Source of the DNA: Limisphaerales bacterium
GTDB lineage: Bacteria > Verrucomicrobiota > Verrucomicrobiia > Limisphaerales > JAJOIW01
Direction of reading: 5' to 3'
Assembly (NCBI GenBank): GCA_965657355.1
Contig: CBFHOE010000002.1
Coordinates: forward strand, 64,001 to 128,000
DNA: 64,000 bases
Below, in pieces: positions 33,120-42,897 of the stretch; the first letter of the stretch is position 1, and each line of letters begins with the position of its first letter. The notes beneath the pieces are model-generated. The model was given only the letters and a program-made list of their open reading frames with translations, made no database searches and had not been told where the DNA came from. The position numbers and the translations under genes are program-made.

Positions 33120-34289
33120 ATGGAATATTCGATAAACAATAAAGTTTCTTCTCTCACGCCGTCGATCACTTTGGCCATTAGCGCCAAAGCTAAGGAAATG
33201 AGGAAACAGGGGTTGGATGTCATTGGTTTTGGTGCCGGTGAACCAGATTTTGATACACCTGACCACATCAAGCAATCTGCCGTGAAGGCACTCAATGATG
33301 GCTTCACCAAATACACGCCCAGTTCGGGCACCCCAGAGCTCAAAGAAGCCATAATCCATAAATTTCAGAGAGATCAGAATGTGACCTTTGAGCCAAAACA
33401 GATTATCGCAAATTGCGGGGGGAAACATAGTTGTTTCAATGTCATTTACGCGGTCTGCAATCCTGGTGATGAAGTCATCATCCCTGCTCCATATTGGTTA
33501 AGTTACCCCGAGATGGCCAAACTGGCCGGAGCCAAACCTGTCATTATCCAGGCATCAGATACCAATGGGTTTAAGGTGACCCCTGAGCAGTTAAGAAATT
33601 CGATAACCCAAAGATCGAGAATCTTTATTTTGAATTCACCCGGCAACCCGACTGGGGCGGTATATTCCGAAGAGGAAATTAAAGAACTTTCAAACGTATG
33701 TCTTGAAAAGGGAGTTTTAATTATGAGCGATGATATTTATGAAAAACTTCTTTATGATGATGCGCAACACACCTGCCCTGCATCTTTTTCGGAAGATCAT
33801 AAAAATAATACCATCATTGTTCACGGCTTAGCAAAGGCATATTCAATGACGGGATGGAGAATAGGATTTACAGCAGCTCCATTACCCATCGCCAAGGCAA
33901 TCGACGCCTTTCAAAGCCACAGCACGAGTAATCCTACTTCTTTTGCGCAATCTGGCGCCATAACGGCACTCAATGGACCGCAGGGACACATTGCGGAATG
34001 GCTTGTTCAGTTTGACAAGAGAAGACTGACGGCTCTTAAGTTACTTAATGAAATGCCAGGAATTCGATGTTTCAGATCGCAGGGGGCTTTTTATTTATTT
34101 CCAAATATTTCTGAGACAGGTTTGGACAGTGCTGCCTTTTGTAAAAAATTACTCGAAGAATCTAAAGTAGCAGCCGTACCGGGCGCGGCATTCGGTTCTG
34201 ACCAGCATATCAGAATTTCTTACGCAACTAGTTTGGAGAATATTGAGAAAGGGCTTGATCGGATGATGCGTTTTATTAAATCACTTTAG
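33120..34289 (+). CDS. aspC: Aspartate aminotransferase (class I PLP aminotransferase)
   Basis: GAGEPDFDTP, NSPGNPTG, SDDIYE, AKAYSMTGWRIG, IRISYA. Confidence 0.9.
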   Translation: MEYSINNKVSSLTPSITLAISAKAKEMRKQGLDVIGFGAGEPDFDTPDHIKQSAVKALNDGFTKYTPSSGTPELKEAIIHKFQRDQNVTFEPKQIIANCGGKHSCFNVIYAVCNPGDEVIIPAPYWLSYPEMAKLAGAKPVIIQASDTNGFKVTPEQLRNSITQRSRIFILNSPGNPTGAVYSEEEIKELSNVCLEKGVLIMSDDIYEKLLYDDAQHTCPASFSEDHKNNTIIVHGLAKAYSMTGWRIGFTAAPLPIAKAIDAFQSHSTSNPTSFAQSGAITALNGPQGHIAEWLVQFDKRRLTALKLLNEMPGIRCFRSQGAFYLFPNISETGLDSAAFCKKLLEESKVAAVPGAAFGSDQHIRISYATSLENIEKGLDRMMRFIKSL

Positions 34290-34322
34290 ATGCCTTCCAA
34301 ACCAAAATGACATTATTGAATT

Positions 34323-35096
34323 ATGTCCACCGATGATGCAGAGATAAATAAGGGGTCAGAAATATCTGAGTTTTCCGAAAAGCCAAATGAGCGTAAGGAT
34401 TCAGAATCTCTTTCGGTGATACTGCATCGAATTCTTGATATTTTTTCAAATTGGTTCGCACACCCCAAAAAAAGAAAATACACAATACAAGTCATTATTG
34501 CTGCTTTCGCTCTAATCATCATTTGGATGATTATTCCCGGCAGCAAATCAATCGGGGAAGTCGCAAGCATTGGAAAAAAAGTAGGTTATTTAAGTTTTTA
34601 CATTGGGCAATCAGTGCTCCCGGTCATAGGATTTCCGATCATTCCGTTCTTGGTGGTTGGTTCATTTTCTTTTAGTTTTTGGTCGGTATTAATTGGAACG
34701 GCAATCGCACAAGCAATCCAGCTGCCGCTTGTCTACCTCATAGGCCAAAAATTACTAACTCCAGTGATTAAAAACCTCTCAGACTGGTTTGAGTTCCCGA
34801 TACTTAAATTAGAAAATAAAGACCAGGTTAAGTTTATATTTTTTATTAAACTACTCCCTGGTCTCAGCCAGACTCTGCGGCATTATATATTGGCAGTTTA
34901 CAAAGTACCATTCCGACATTTTTTTATTATCAGTTGGTCCATGAGCATGGCATTTTCAATAATGGTGCTGCTCATATGCCAAACATTGAAAACTGGAGGA
35001 GGTTGGAACCTCTATATAGTGGTGGCTTTTGCAGTGGTTTTGATTGCACTGGTATTGCTGCTGAGAAGCAGGTCGACCCCACCACCTAAGACCTAA
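34323..35096 (+). CDS. TVP38/TMEM64 (VTT/DedA-like) membrane protein
   Basis: Several TM segments; FIKLLPGL...YILA...VPFRHF pattern. Confidence 0.7.
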   Translation: MSTDDAEINKGSEISEFSEKPNERKDSESLSVILHRILDIFSNWFAHPKKRKYTIQVIIAAFALIIIWMIIPGSKSIGEVASIGKKVGYLSFYIGQSVLPVIGFPIIPFLVVGSFSFSFWSVLIGTAIAQAIQLPLVYLIGQKLLTPVIKNLSDWFEFPILKLENKDQVKFIFFIKLLPGLSQTLRHYILAVYKVPFRHFFIISWSMSMAFSIMVLLICQTLKTGGGWNLYIVVAFAVVLIALVLLLRSRSTPPPKT

Positions 35097-35101
35097 AAAA
35101 A

Positions 35102-35356
35102 TTGAAACAACAAAAAGAGTCACATGTTAGAAGTCTTCTCAAAGGACTGACATGGCGTATTACTGGGACACTGGTTGCTTTTGCGATGTCTATGATATTA
35201 ACAGGCAAAATGGACGTTGCTTTACAATTTGCCGCAGCTGACTTCGTGATAAAATTTTTATTGTACTACCTCCATGAGAGGATGTGGCAATTCATACCAC
35301 GAGGCACAATAAAAGCACTTTTTAGAAAAAAACCAAAAAAGGACTACGAGATTTAA
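35102..35356 (+). CDS. DUF2061 small membrane protein
   Basis: ESHVRSLLKGLTWR...KFLLYYLHERMW. Confidence 0.88.
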   Translation: MKQQKESHVRSLLKGLTWRITGTLVAFAMSMILTGKMDVALQFAAADFVIKFLLYYLHERMWQFIPRGTIKALFRKKPKKDYEI

Positions 35357-36586
35357 TTATCTTTCATTAACATTTGGAAGTGTTTTCCAACCTGCGAATT
35401 GATTTTCTTTATTGAAAATTACGTCCCGCTCAATCGCAATATGCCGAATGGTCTCTTTGCCATTCGCAGCCACAGAGAAAGTCATATGGAATTGTCCTTG
35501 AGCATCTTCAATTATTGATGGATATGAATAACTCGCCTTTTGATCATCGCTCAGGTCACTAACAATTTCTAATCGGTAATTCCAATTATTGCCATAATCT
35601 GAAGAACCTAAAATTCCAAGAGAGGACCTATCCTTTTCATTAAAATTTCCCGCCAAAAGCCAATGACCATTATTTGAATGCAATACTGCGACACTAGAGC
35701 CAGGGTTGGGTATTTCAGTGTCTTGTGCCAGAGACCATGAATTTCCAGCGTCTTTAGAATAGCTCACCATGACCCTTCCAGGATTTGGGCCACTATCTCG
35801 CATAAATGCAACAACCTCATTTGCACTGCGAGAGGCTAATGTTGGTTGGATTGGACCCAGCCCCACTATTGGTTTGCTTGATTTCCATGTTTCTCCTCCA
35901 TCGTAAGTAATAGCCATCAAAGACACATTAAACCCATCCGAATACATAGGCACTATCCAGTGGTTTTTAGAAAGCTGGAGCGGGTGATTTCGAGTCATCC
36001 AACCCATTTGCCTTTTTGAGGGATCATTGGCGGCATTAATGAGTTGTTTGGAATACGGTTGTGCATACTCCGACCACATATTTTCGTCCATTCTTAATTC
36101 ATTAAAACCAGCGACCATTGATTCGAGAAAATCATGCCCCGGTTTCAAAATAATGTTTCCCTGCCAGTTCCATAAGGGCTCTCCATTTTCTTTGAGCCCA
36201 CTGGCTCTCTTGAAAAATAATAAAGAATTCTCCCAACGGTTGCCAATTGGAACGATCCAATAGAGCCAGATCCTTTTTTGATCATCGTAAAAAAAGACAG
36301 GATTACAATCTGGAAGATCTGGAGTATCTGTTAATGAAAAAGCATTTGACCAATGCGTTTGTGAATGAGATTTAAGCGAAGCCCCTTTAATGGAAACATC
36401 ATTCGCTTTCCTTTCACCTGATCCTTCATACCAGCAGGCGAGAAACCATCCGTTCTCTGTCTCAATAATAGAGCTGGAATGAGTATGGCGTTCTACAGGA
36501 GAAAAAATATCGCGCGAAACCATTTCAGAGAAAGCAAAGCAACTTCCCCAAAGCATGATTATGGCAAATATTGCGAGTTGTCTCAT
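35357..36586 (-). CDS. BNR/Asp-box sialidase-like beta-propeller hydrolase, secreted
   Basis: Signal peptide; HSSSIIE; Asp boxes TYDGGETW, SKDAGNSW, SSDYGNNW; YSYP. Confidence 0.85.
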   Translation of the reverse strand: MRQLAIFAIIMLWGSCFAFSEMVSRDIFSPVERHTHSSSIIETENGWFLACWYEGSGERKANDVSIKGASLKSHSQTHWSNAFSLTDTPDLPDCNPVFFYDDQKRIWLYWIVPIGNRWENSLLFFKRASGLKENGEPLWNWQGNIILKPGHDFLESMVAGFNELRMDENMWSEYAQPYSKQLINAANDPSKRQMGWMTRNHPLQLSKNHWIVPMYSDGFNVSLMAITYDGGETWKSSKPIVGLGPIQPTLASRSANEVVAFMRDSGPNPGRVMVSYSKDAGNSWSLAQDTEIPNPGSSVAVLHSNNGHWLLAGNFNEKDRSSLGILGSSDYGNNWNYRLEIVSDLSDDQKASYSYPSIIEDAQGQFHMTFSVAANGKETIRHIAIERDVIFNKENQFAGWKTLPNVNER

Positions 36587-36617
36587 TCTATAATATTAGA
36601 GCAAGGTCATTATTTAT

Positions 36618-37874
36618 TTATTCCTGAAGAAGAAACAATCTCTCTCCAGCCTTAGGTACAAAGAGAATACCTTGATCTTCTTTATCCTTGTAGTCATCAA
36701 AGCAAATGGATGCTGGATCTCGGTAGCCCAAGTTTATTTGCTTGCAAATGCTTTCGGGCAATTGCGAAGCAACGGTGACTTTAATTCGGGGTGTTTCAAT
36801 ACCATTCTGGTAAGTTCCGCTTCCTTTTACGTGAGTCGAGTGAGCAATAACCCCCCAAGGCATATCTTTAAAATCATCCCACTGTTTTAAAAAATAATCA
36901 CGAACGTGGTAACCAATTTTTTTAATAATTTCACCGTGCGTTTCTGAGATTTCACTGAGGTGAGGGGCATAAATTATGAGTTCCCCACCGTCGGCGACAA
37001 CCGGCTCCAACTTATACATGGCTTTACCGGCTGTCCATAACTCCTCATACATTGGAGGGGCTACGGAAAGAACTGTATCAAAAGATTTTTCCTTGTATAT
37101 AATGTGAGCGGCTCGCGAGTGTTCACTTGCAAGCTCCCAAGCTGACTCCGGGGTTCCGGAATATAGGCCTGCCAACTCCTTCGAATCCCCTACAACCAGC
37201 GCAAGGCATGTTTTATTTTTCTGAATCATGGCGCCAGCAGCGTCGACTACTTTTCTAACCGGAGTTTTCTGCCGACCTATGATTTGAGCATTAGTAACCA
37301 CAGCTCCCAGCCAATGAAAAAAATTAAGAATCCTGGGCCCTGCAATTCCTGGGAAAAAATATTTGTTACCACCTGAAAAACCAACAACCTCATGCGGAAA
37401 CACCGGACCTATGATTATTATGTGGTCATAGTCCATGACGATTTTGTTGATTTCAACAGGAACATCCATTTCAAATCGACCGTCCGTCAGGTCTCGAATC
37501 TCGCCACTTGGAATTGTCCCAATCAACTGTAATGCATCGGGATTGTCCCACTGATGATTGATAAAGCGAACGCTACTAAACTTCCCTTCTCTCTCCTCAT
37601 TAGATATATCTAAACGTTCCTGAATTGCACTCTCTGTCATTGGCGGATGAGTTCCCAAAGCGACAATGACATCCATAGACCGTGTCACATGTCCGATGTG
37701 ATGGAAAAGCGATTTAAAGACCTTCCCTACGGGCGCTGTTCTTGTGTGGTCAGGAACTACGACGAGGACATTTAATCCTTCGAATTGAGAAGGGTTTATT
37801 TGATCCGATATGACCTTTTCTATCTCCTCTTTGTTCAAACCTGAAGATGAGGTAGCCTTCAAACCATAACTCAT
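36618..37874 (-). CDS. LarA-family (DUF2088) nickel-pincer racemase/epimerase homolog
   Basis: PDHTRT, ALGTH, PHEVVGFSGGNK, FFHW match the LarA active-site motifs. Confidence 0.88.
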   Translation of the reverse strand: MSYGLKATSSSGLNKEEIEKVISDQINPSQFEGLNVLVVVPDHTRTAPVGKVFKSLFHHIGHVTRSMDVIVALGTHPPMTESAIQERLDISNEEREGKFSSVRFINHQWDNPDALQLIGTIPSGEIRDLTDGRFEMDVPVEINKIVMDYDHIIIIGPVFPHEVVGFSGGNKYFFPGIAGPRILNFFHWLGAVVTNAQIIGRQKTPVRKVVDAAGAMIQKNKTCLALVVGDSKELAGLYSGTPESAWELASEHSRAAHIIYKEKSFDTVLSVAPPMYEELWTAGKAMYKLEPVVADGGELIIYAPHLSEISETHGEIIKKIGYHVRDYFLKQWDDFKDMPWGVIAHSTHVKGSGTYQNGIETPRIKVTVASQLPESICKQINLGYRDPASICFDDYKDKEDQGILFVPKAGERLFLLQE

Positions 37875-37893
37875 ACTTTAATCTCTTTTCGAA

Positions 37894-38703
37894 TTATATG
37901 GTTTGTGAAAGGAATCCACCATCTACCCGAATATCAGTCCCGGTAACAAAAGATGAGGCAGCCTGACTGGCTAAAAATACAGCAGCTCCTGATATCTCAC
38001 TTGCTTCACCAAAGCGATTCATGGATGTATGGTTTAAGATAGATTCAGCTCGAGGAGTTGGGCTTCCATCTTCATTGAAAAGTAATTTTTTATTTTGCTC
38101 CGCTGGAAAGAATCCAGGAGTAATTGAATTTACCCTGACGCCAGCACCTGCCCACTCTCTCGCCAAAAACTGAGTAAGACTCAGAACTGCCGCTTTTGAA
38201 GCACTGTAGGCAACTACCCTAGATAAAGGGGTGTGCGAAGTAACGCTTGCAATGTTTATAATACTCCCGCGCCCTCTCTTGACCATTCCTTCACCAAAAA
38301 CCTGGCATGGAAGCAAAACACCGCCGACGAGGTTAAGATCAAAATTTTGCCTCCACGCATCGATAGGTAAAGAAACAAAAGGATTATCATCCGTAACAGT
38401 TGCTTTTGGATCATTTCCCCCGGCAGCGTTTAACAAAATATCAGGGGTGCCTAATTCTTCAGCGATCTGATTTTCGCACTCCAATAGGCTTTCCTTTTCC
38501 ATGGCATCAGCTTTGAAAAATTTTGCCGTAGCTCCTGTATTTGATAATGCAGCCACTCTCTTCTGTCCTCGATCTTCACTTCTCCCAAGAACAGCAACTT
38601 TCGCTCCGGCCTCTCCAAATGCTTGGGAAATAGCCCCACCTAATTCGCCAGTTGCCCCAATGACAACAGCCACTTTTCCTGTTAGATCAAACAATTTCGA
38701 CAT
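37894..38703 (-). CDS. SDR oxidoreductase, D-mannonate oxidoreductase (fructuronate reductase)-like
   Basis: GATGELG, NAAGGNDP, YSASK, QNKKLLFNEDGSPTPRAESILNHT, characteristic of the SDR-type UxuB group. Start is 38703 or 38715. Confidence 0.82.
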   Translation of the reverse strand: MSKLFDLTGKVAVVIGATGELGGAISQAFGEAGAKVAVLGRSEDRGQKRVAALSNTGATAKFFKADAMEKESLLECENQIAEELGTPDILLNAAGGNDPKATVTDDNPFVSLPIDAWRQNFDLNLVGGVLLPCQVFGEGMVKRGRGSIINIASVTSHTPLSRVVAYSASKAAVLSLTQFLAREWAGAGVRVNSITPGFFPAEQNKKLLFNEDGSPTPRAESILNHTSMNRFGEASEISGAAVFLASQAASSFVTGTDIRVDGGFLSQTI

Positions 38704-38942
38704 ATATGGAGACATAATCATATAAGCCCAAAATTGGCTAGCAATATCCCGGATGTTCCAAAACACAAATTTTTTAAAAAAATTATTGGAAACGTGATTA
38801 GATTTGAGCAAATTGTTGCTCTGCATAAATTATAATGTCCCTCAATATTCTGAGAATTAGAGATAAAGTCTCTAATTTGTGTGAGATCAAATTGGATAGC
38901 ATAAGTTCATTTTGGGGCAGCGGATTTACTGAAAATTTTGAA

Positions 38943-39878
38943 ATGACGAATTTACCTGAACCGGAAATTATATTTACTCACGAGAGTGATTTAGATGGAT
39001 TTGTTGCGGGTTTGCTCCTCAAACAATTGGCAAAAAAACTCTTCGAAAAAGACATTCCACTGAAAGCATACCATTACGGAGCATGGGAAAATTTTGAAAT
39101 CAGACATAAACAAGCGTGGATTTCAGACCTCTCATTTGAGTCAAGATTCGATCGTCCGGGCTGGTTAATTGTCGATCATCACACATACACCGATAAGCCT
39201 TCTAATGCCACACTAGTCCATAGCCTTGAAAAATCAGCTGGCTCGCTGGCATATGACTTATGCAAAGCAAACGGCATTCAAAACGAAAAATTGGACAAGT
39301 TAGTCCATTACAACAATCTGGCGGATTTGTTCATGAGGGATGACGATGCTTTTGACGTAGCAACAGACTATGCATCAATCATAAAAGTTTATGGATTCTG
39401 GCCTATTTATTCTATAATCGAAGGCCAGTTAGAAAATTTATTTGATCACCCTCTCTTGAAGGTTGTCACTATGAAGAGACAGGTTGAAAATCCCATTGGC
39501 TTTGAATGGAGTAAAAATAATATAATCGAAATCACTCCAGAAATTGCTCTAATCAAAACAACCATAGGCAATGTCAATTTGATCATAGATAGGATGCTTG
39601 AAGAAAAAACTACCACTCACCCAATACTATTAACTCTTGGAAAAAGGACTAACGCCCCCATGACTGTTAGCCTAAGATCAAGAAATGGTGAAGCTTTGGA
39701 GTATGCTCGCAGACTTCAAGGAGGAGGACATCCAAATGCTTGTGGTGCCAGCCTTCCCAAAATAATTCATCATGTAAATGATGCCATCGAATACCTTAAA
39801 AACTCCTTAAATCCCCCCGCTCAAATCACAGATCCGCAAGATGTTAGGGGGTTATTTGATTCGCTAGACGGGAAATAA
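38943..39878 (+). CDS. DHH/DHHA1 phosphoesterase (NrnB-like nanoRNase)
   Basis: HESDLDG, SDL, VDHH, VSLRS, GGGHPNACG; start set at ATG 38943. Confidence 0.85.
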   Translation: MTNLPEPEIIFTHESDLDGFVAGLLLKQLAKKLFEKDIPLKAYHYGAWENFEIRHKQAWISDLSFESRFDRPGWLIVDHHTYTDKPSNATLVHSLEKSAGSLAYDLCKANGIQNEKLDKLVHYNNLADLFMRDDDAFDVATDYASIIKVYGFWPIYSIIEGQLENLFDHPLLKVVTMKRQVENPIGFEWSKNNIIEITPEIALIKTTIGNVNLIIDRMLEEKTTTHPILLTLGKRTNAPMTVSLRSRNGEALEYARRLQGGGHPNACGASLPKIIHHVNDAIEYLKNSLNPPAQITDPQDVRGLFDSLDGK

Positions 39879-39949
39879 ATGGTTGACCATTCTCAGATAT
39901 TGCATTTTTCGGAAGACAACAGGCCCAATAAAATGGTAGATAATCACTA

Positions 39950-40672
39950 ATGCGATCAGATGGAAGAGAACCAGGTGATTTAAGAACAATAACATTTGAA
40001 AACGAAATTGCGCCTAATGCAACAGGGTCCACGTTGATCAAATGGGGCCACACTCAAGTTATTTGTTCTGTTTGTATAGAACCCGGGGTCCCGAGGTGGA
40101 TGAGAGATCAATCAGTAGGAGGAGGTTGGCTTACCGCGGAATATAGCATGCTTCCCTACAGCACCCTAAATAGAAAAACCAGAGATATATCACGCGGTAA
40201 AGTTGATGGTAGATCCCAAGAAATACAAAGACTCATTGGCAGGGCACTCAGAGCTGCAGTGGACTTGAAGAAGGTGGGCGAAAAAACAATTTGGATTGAT
40301 TGCGATGTTTTACAAGCCGATGGGGGCACCAGAACGGCAGCCATTACCGGAGGCTTCGTCGCCTTGTCACTCGCTTTTCGAAATTTAATCAATAAGGGAG
40401 TTCTTCTAGAGAATCCAATCATTGAAAAAATTGCAGCGGTCAGCGTAGGGGTTGTAAACGGAACGCCCGTATTGGATTTGCCTTATGTTGAGGATGTGGA
40501 TGCAGAGGTCGACCTCAATGTTGTTATGACAGGCTCAGGTGATTTCGTGGAAATCCAAGGAACAGGTGAAAAGAATACCTTCCCTCAAACCCAACTTATT
40601 AAAATGTTAGATTTGGTCGCCCCGGGAATAAACAATCTCATTAAAGCCCAAGATGAAGCTTTAATGAGGTAG
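39950..40672 (+). CDS. rph: Ribonuclease PH
   Basis: GWLTAEYSMLP, GRSQEIQRLIGRALR, DCDVLQADGGTRTAAITG. Confidence 0.97.
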   Translation: MRSDGREPGDLRTITFENEIAPNATGSTLIKWGHTQVICSVCIEPGVPRWMRDQSVGGGWLTAEYSMLPYSTLNRKTRDISRGKVDGRSQEIQRLIGRALRAAVDLKKVGEKTIWIDCDVLQADGGTRTAAITGGFVALSLAFRNLINKGVLLENPIIEKIAAVSVGVVNGTPVLDLPYVEDVDAEVDLNVVMTGSGDFVEIQGTGEKNTFPQTQLIKMLDLVAPGINNLIKAQDEALMR

Positions 40673-40772
40673 TCTTATGGAAAAAGCATAGCACCTTTTT
40701 AAGCCTTAGCTTGAAGGTAAGATTCTACCAAAGTATAAATTTTAATCCTTCTTGGTAAGCAAAACATTTGAA

Positions 40773-41687
40773 ATGCAGCAATCAAATCAGTCTTTGGTAA
40801 AAACTTCCGTCACAGTCGGGAAAGAATGCGAAGAGTTGCTTTCATCTTGGATAGAGGAAGAGGCCGGATTTGCTCCGTCCATTTACTCCACCCCACACGC
40901 TCATTCCTCGATCATTTCAATCTATCAGCCAGAAAACGAGCCGGGAATTATTAACCTGAATCACCTCAAAGCCTATGTCGATTCCTTATCAGAATTCGAT
41001 TTAAATATTGAAAATCCCGTTTACACGCAAGAGATCGTTCAGAAGGAAGATTGGGCAGAAGTTTGGAAGACTCATTTCAAGCCAATTCAAATTGAAAATT
41101 CCTTGTGGATTCGTCCCTCGTGGGAAGCGCAGCCACCATCAAAACACCTGATGGATATTGTCCTAGATCCGGGGCTAAGCTTTGGGACTGGGCAACATGC
41201 TACCACGGGATATTGTTTGACCAAAATCGCTTCACTAAAAAAAGAGAAACCAGACACAAATAAGCTCCTAGATGCAGGATGTGGCTCTGGTATCTTGGCC
41301 ATTGCGGCCAAAAAACTTGGATACTCAGTAGTCGAAGCATTTGACTACGACCACGAGGCAGTTAAGTGCGCGCGAGATAATGCAAAGGAAAATAATGTTT
41401 CCTTTTCGATATTTCAGGCGGAACTTGGTAAAGAAATCGGTGAGCTAGATTCCAAAAGTGGTTATTTTGACTTTATAGTGGCTAATATCCTTTCTGAAAC
41501 GCTTCTCCAATACGTCGACCAGCTCAGTTCTTGGTTAAGGATAGGAGGGCATCTATCAGTCGCCGGAATTCTTGATGTGCAATTTGAGAATCTTTCCATG
41601 TATTTTTCTCAAAAGGGACTTGTTTTAATCGATTCTAGGCGAGAAGGAGAATGGAAATCCGGCACTTTCGCCAAAACTTCCGGCTAA
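40773..41687 (+). CDS. prmA: Ribosomal protein L11 methyltransferase
   Basis: EDWAEVWK, LDPGLSFGTGQHATT, LDAGCGSGIL, VANIL. Confidence 0.93.
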   Translation: MQQSNQSLVKTSVTVGKECEELLSSWIEEEAGFAPSIYSTPHAHSSIISIYQPENEPGIINLNHLKAYVDSLSEFDLNIENPVYTQEIVQKEDWAEVWKTHFKPIQIENSLWIRPSWEAQPPSKHLMDIVLDPGLSFGTGQHATTGYCLTKIASLKKEKPDTNKLLDAGCGSGILAIAAKKLGYSVVEAFDYDHEAVKCARDNAKENNVSFSIFQAELGKEIGELDSKSGYFDFIVANILSETLLQYVDQLSSWLRIGGHLSVAGILDVQFENLSMYFSQKGLVLIDSRREGEWKSGTFAKTSG

Positions 41688-42111
41688 TGAGGTATAAATA
41701 GAGGCAGCGACCGCCTCGTTATGAAGCCGAACTCGAATCTAGGGTTTAAGTTTTATAATTCTGATGTCTTTATTTGTGATTATTGATTGGCGCAGTTTTT
41801 AAGTTGGGATTACACCGAGATAAAACTTTTGCAATATCTTGGTGACAAATAAAAAGATTTATTCGATTATACAAAAGTCTTGGATGTTTATCCAAGCCCA
41901 ACCGTGTAGGATTATGTTTGTTTCTAGAACTCTCCACTCAAGGTTGAAAACGGGTAGATGCCGCTATCTTACCTGTAACTTCGTGCCCCCCTCATCAGGT
42001 ATAAATCCCCAGCCTCAGCTAAATCAAATTTGTGGCTCATATTCCGTATTGCGGAATTAAAACCTTACTTTCTGAGGGAAAAAAAGATAAATCAAGTAAT
42101 TAAAAAGCAAA

Positions 42112-42282
42112 ATGACAAGACCAAAAGTTGATATTGATGAATCTATAAATAGCGAGCACAATCGCTTCCACCATGCTGACGGAAAAGGTACAAAGACACA
42201 AAAACATCGGTATGAGAGGCGTAAAGTAAAGGAAGTCTTACACCAGATAACTCCTTCGGAAAATGAGGAATCTACCTCATAA
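42112..42282 (+). CDS. Small hypothetical protein, 56 aa (not in the ORF track)
   Basis: ATG 42112 to TAA 42282: MTRPKVDIDESINSEHNRFHHADGKGTKTQKHRYERRKVKEVLHQITPSENEESTS; lies in an otherwise empty ~740-bp gap. Confidence 0.6.
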   Translation: MTRPKVDIDESINSEHNRFHHADGKGTKTQKHRYERRKVKEVLHQITPSENEESTS

Positions 42283-42424
42283 ATTCCACTACAATATAAT
42301 ATTAATAAAGACTGACTTTAAATTTAGTATTTTTCCCAAATAGCCTCTGTGCCTGTACGCAAGCAAGTTACCCTAATCACTAAAATTTGGGCAGCACCAG
42401 TGAATGGTTTTTGAGGTTGTATGC

Positions 42425-42679
42425 TTACTTCATCAGAAGAGCGTGACGGGCTCGTTTAACAGCCTTTGTCAAGCGTCTCTGATATGGAGCAGGCAGACCA
42501 GTATATTTACGAGGTAAGATCCTGCCTTGGTCGGTAACAAACTGCTTTAAGAACTCGACATTCTTGTAATCGAGCAAGTCAAGCGAGTATCCAACGCGTG
42601 GCCTGGTTCTAGGAGCACGGTATTCGTTCGTCCTTTGTCCTCTTTTTTTGTTTTTATCGAGAGTGTTTTTACGTGGCAT
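42425..42679 (-). CDS. rpsR: 30S ribosomal protein S18 (Cys-free)
   Basis: DYKNVEFLKQFVTDQGRILPRKYTG...QRRLTKAVKRAR. Confidence 0.96.
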   Translation of the reverse strand: MPRKNTLDKNKKRGQRTNEYRAPRTRPRVGYSLDLLDYKNVEFLKQFVTDQGRILPRKYTGLPAPYQRRLTKAVKRARHALLMK

Positions 42680-42727
42680 TTCTAAATTTGTGGTTCGGAT
42701 TGAATCGTACGAGGACCCAGTTGAGCA

Positions 42728-42895
42728 TTACTTAATTTCTCTGTGTAATGTGTGGCGTCTCAAGAAAGGGTTGTATTTCTTGATTTCCAGTTTTTCAGGC
42801 TGGGTTTTCTTATTTCTTGTGGTTGTATATCTCGATGGAGAGGCACCTTCTTTTCTCGCCTCCGTGCATTCTATAGTTACTATTTCACGTGCCAT
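42728..42895 (-). CDS. rpmG: 50S ribosomal protein L33 (not in the ORF track)
   Basis: [55 protein letters not shown], 55 aa. Confidence 0.96.
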   Translation of the reverse strand: MAREIVTIECTEARKEGASPSRYTTTRNKKTQPEKLEIKKYNPFLRRHTLHREIK

Positions 42896-42897
42896 GA

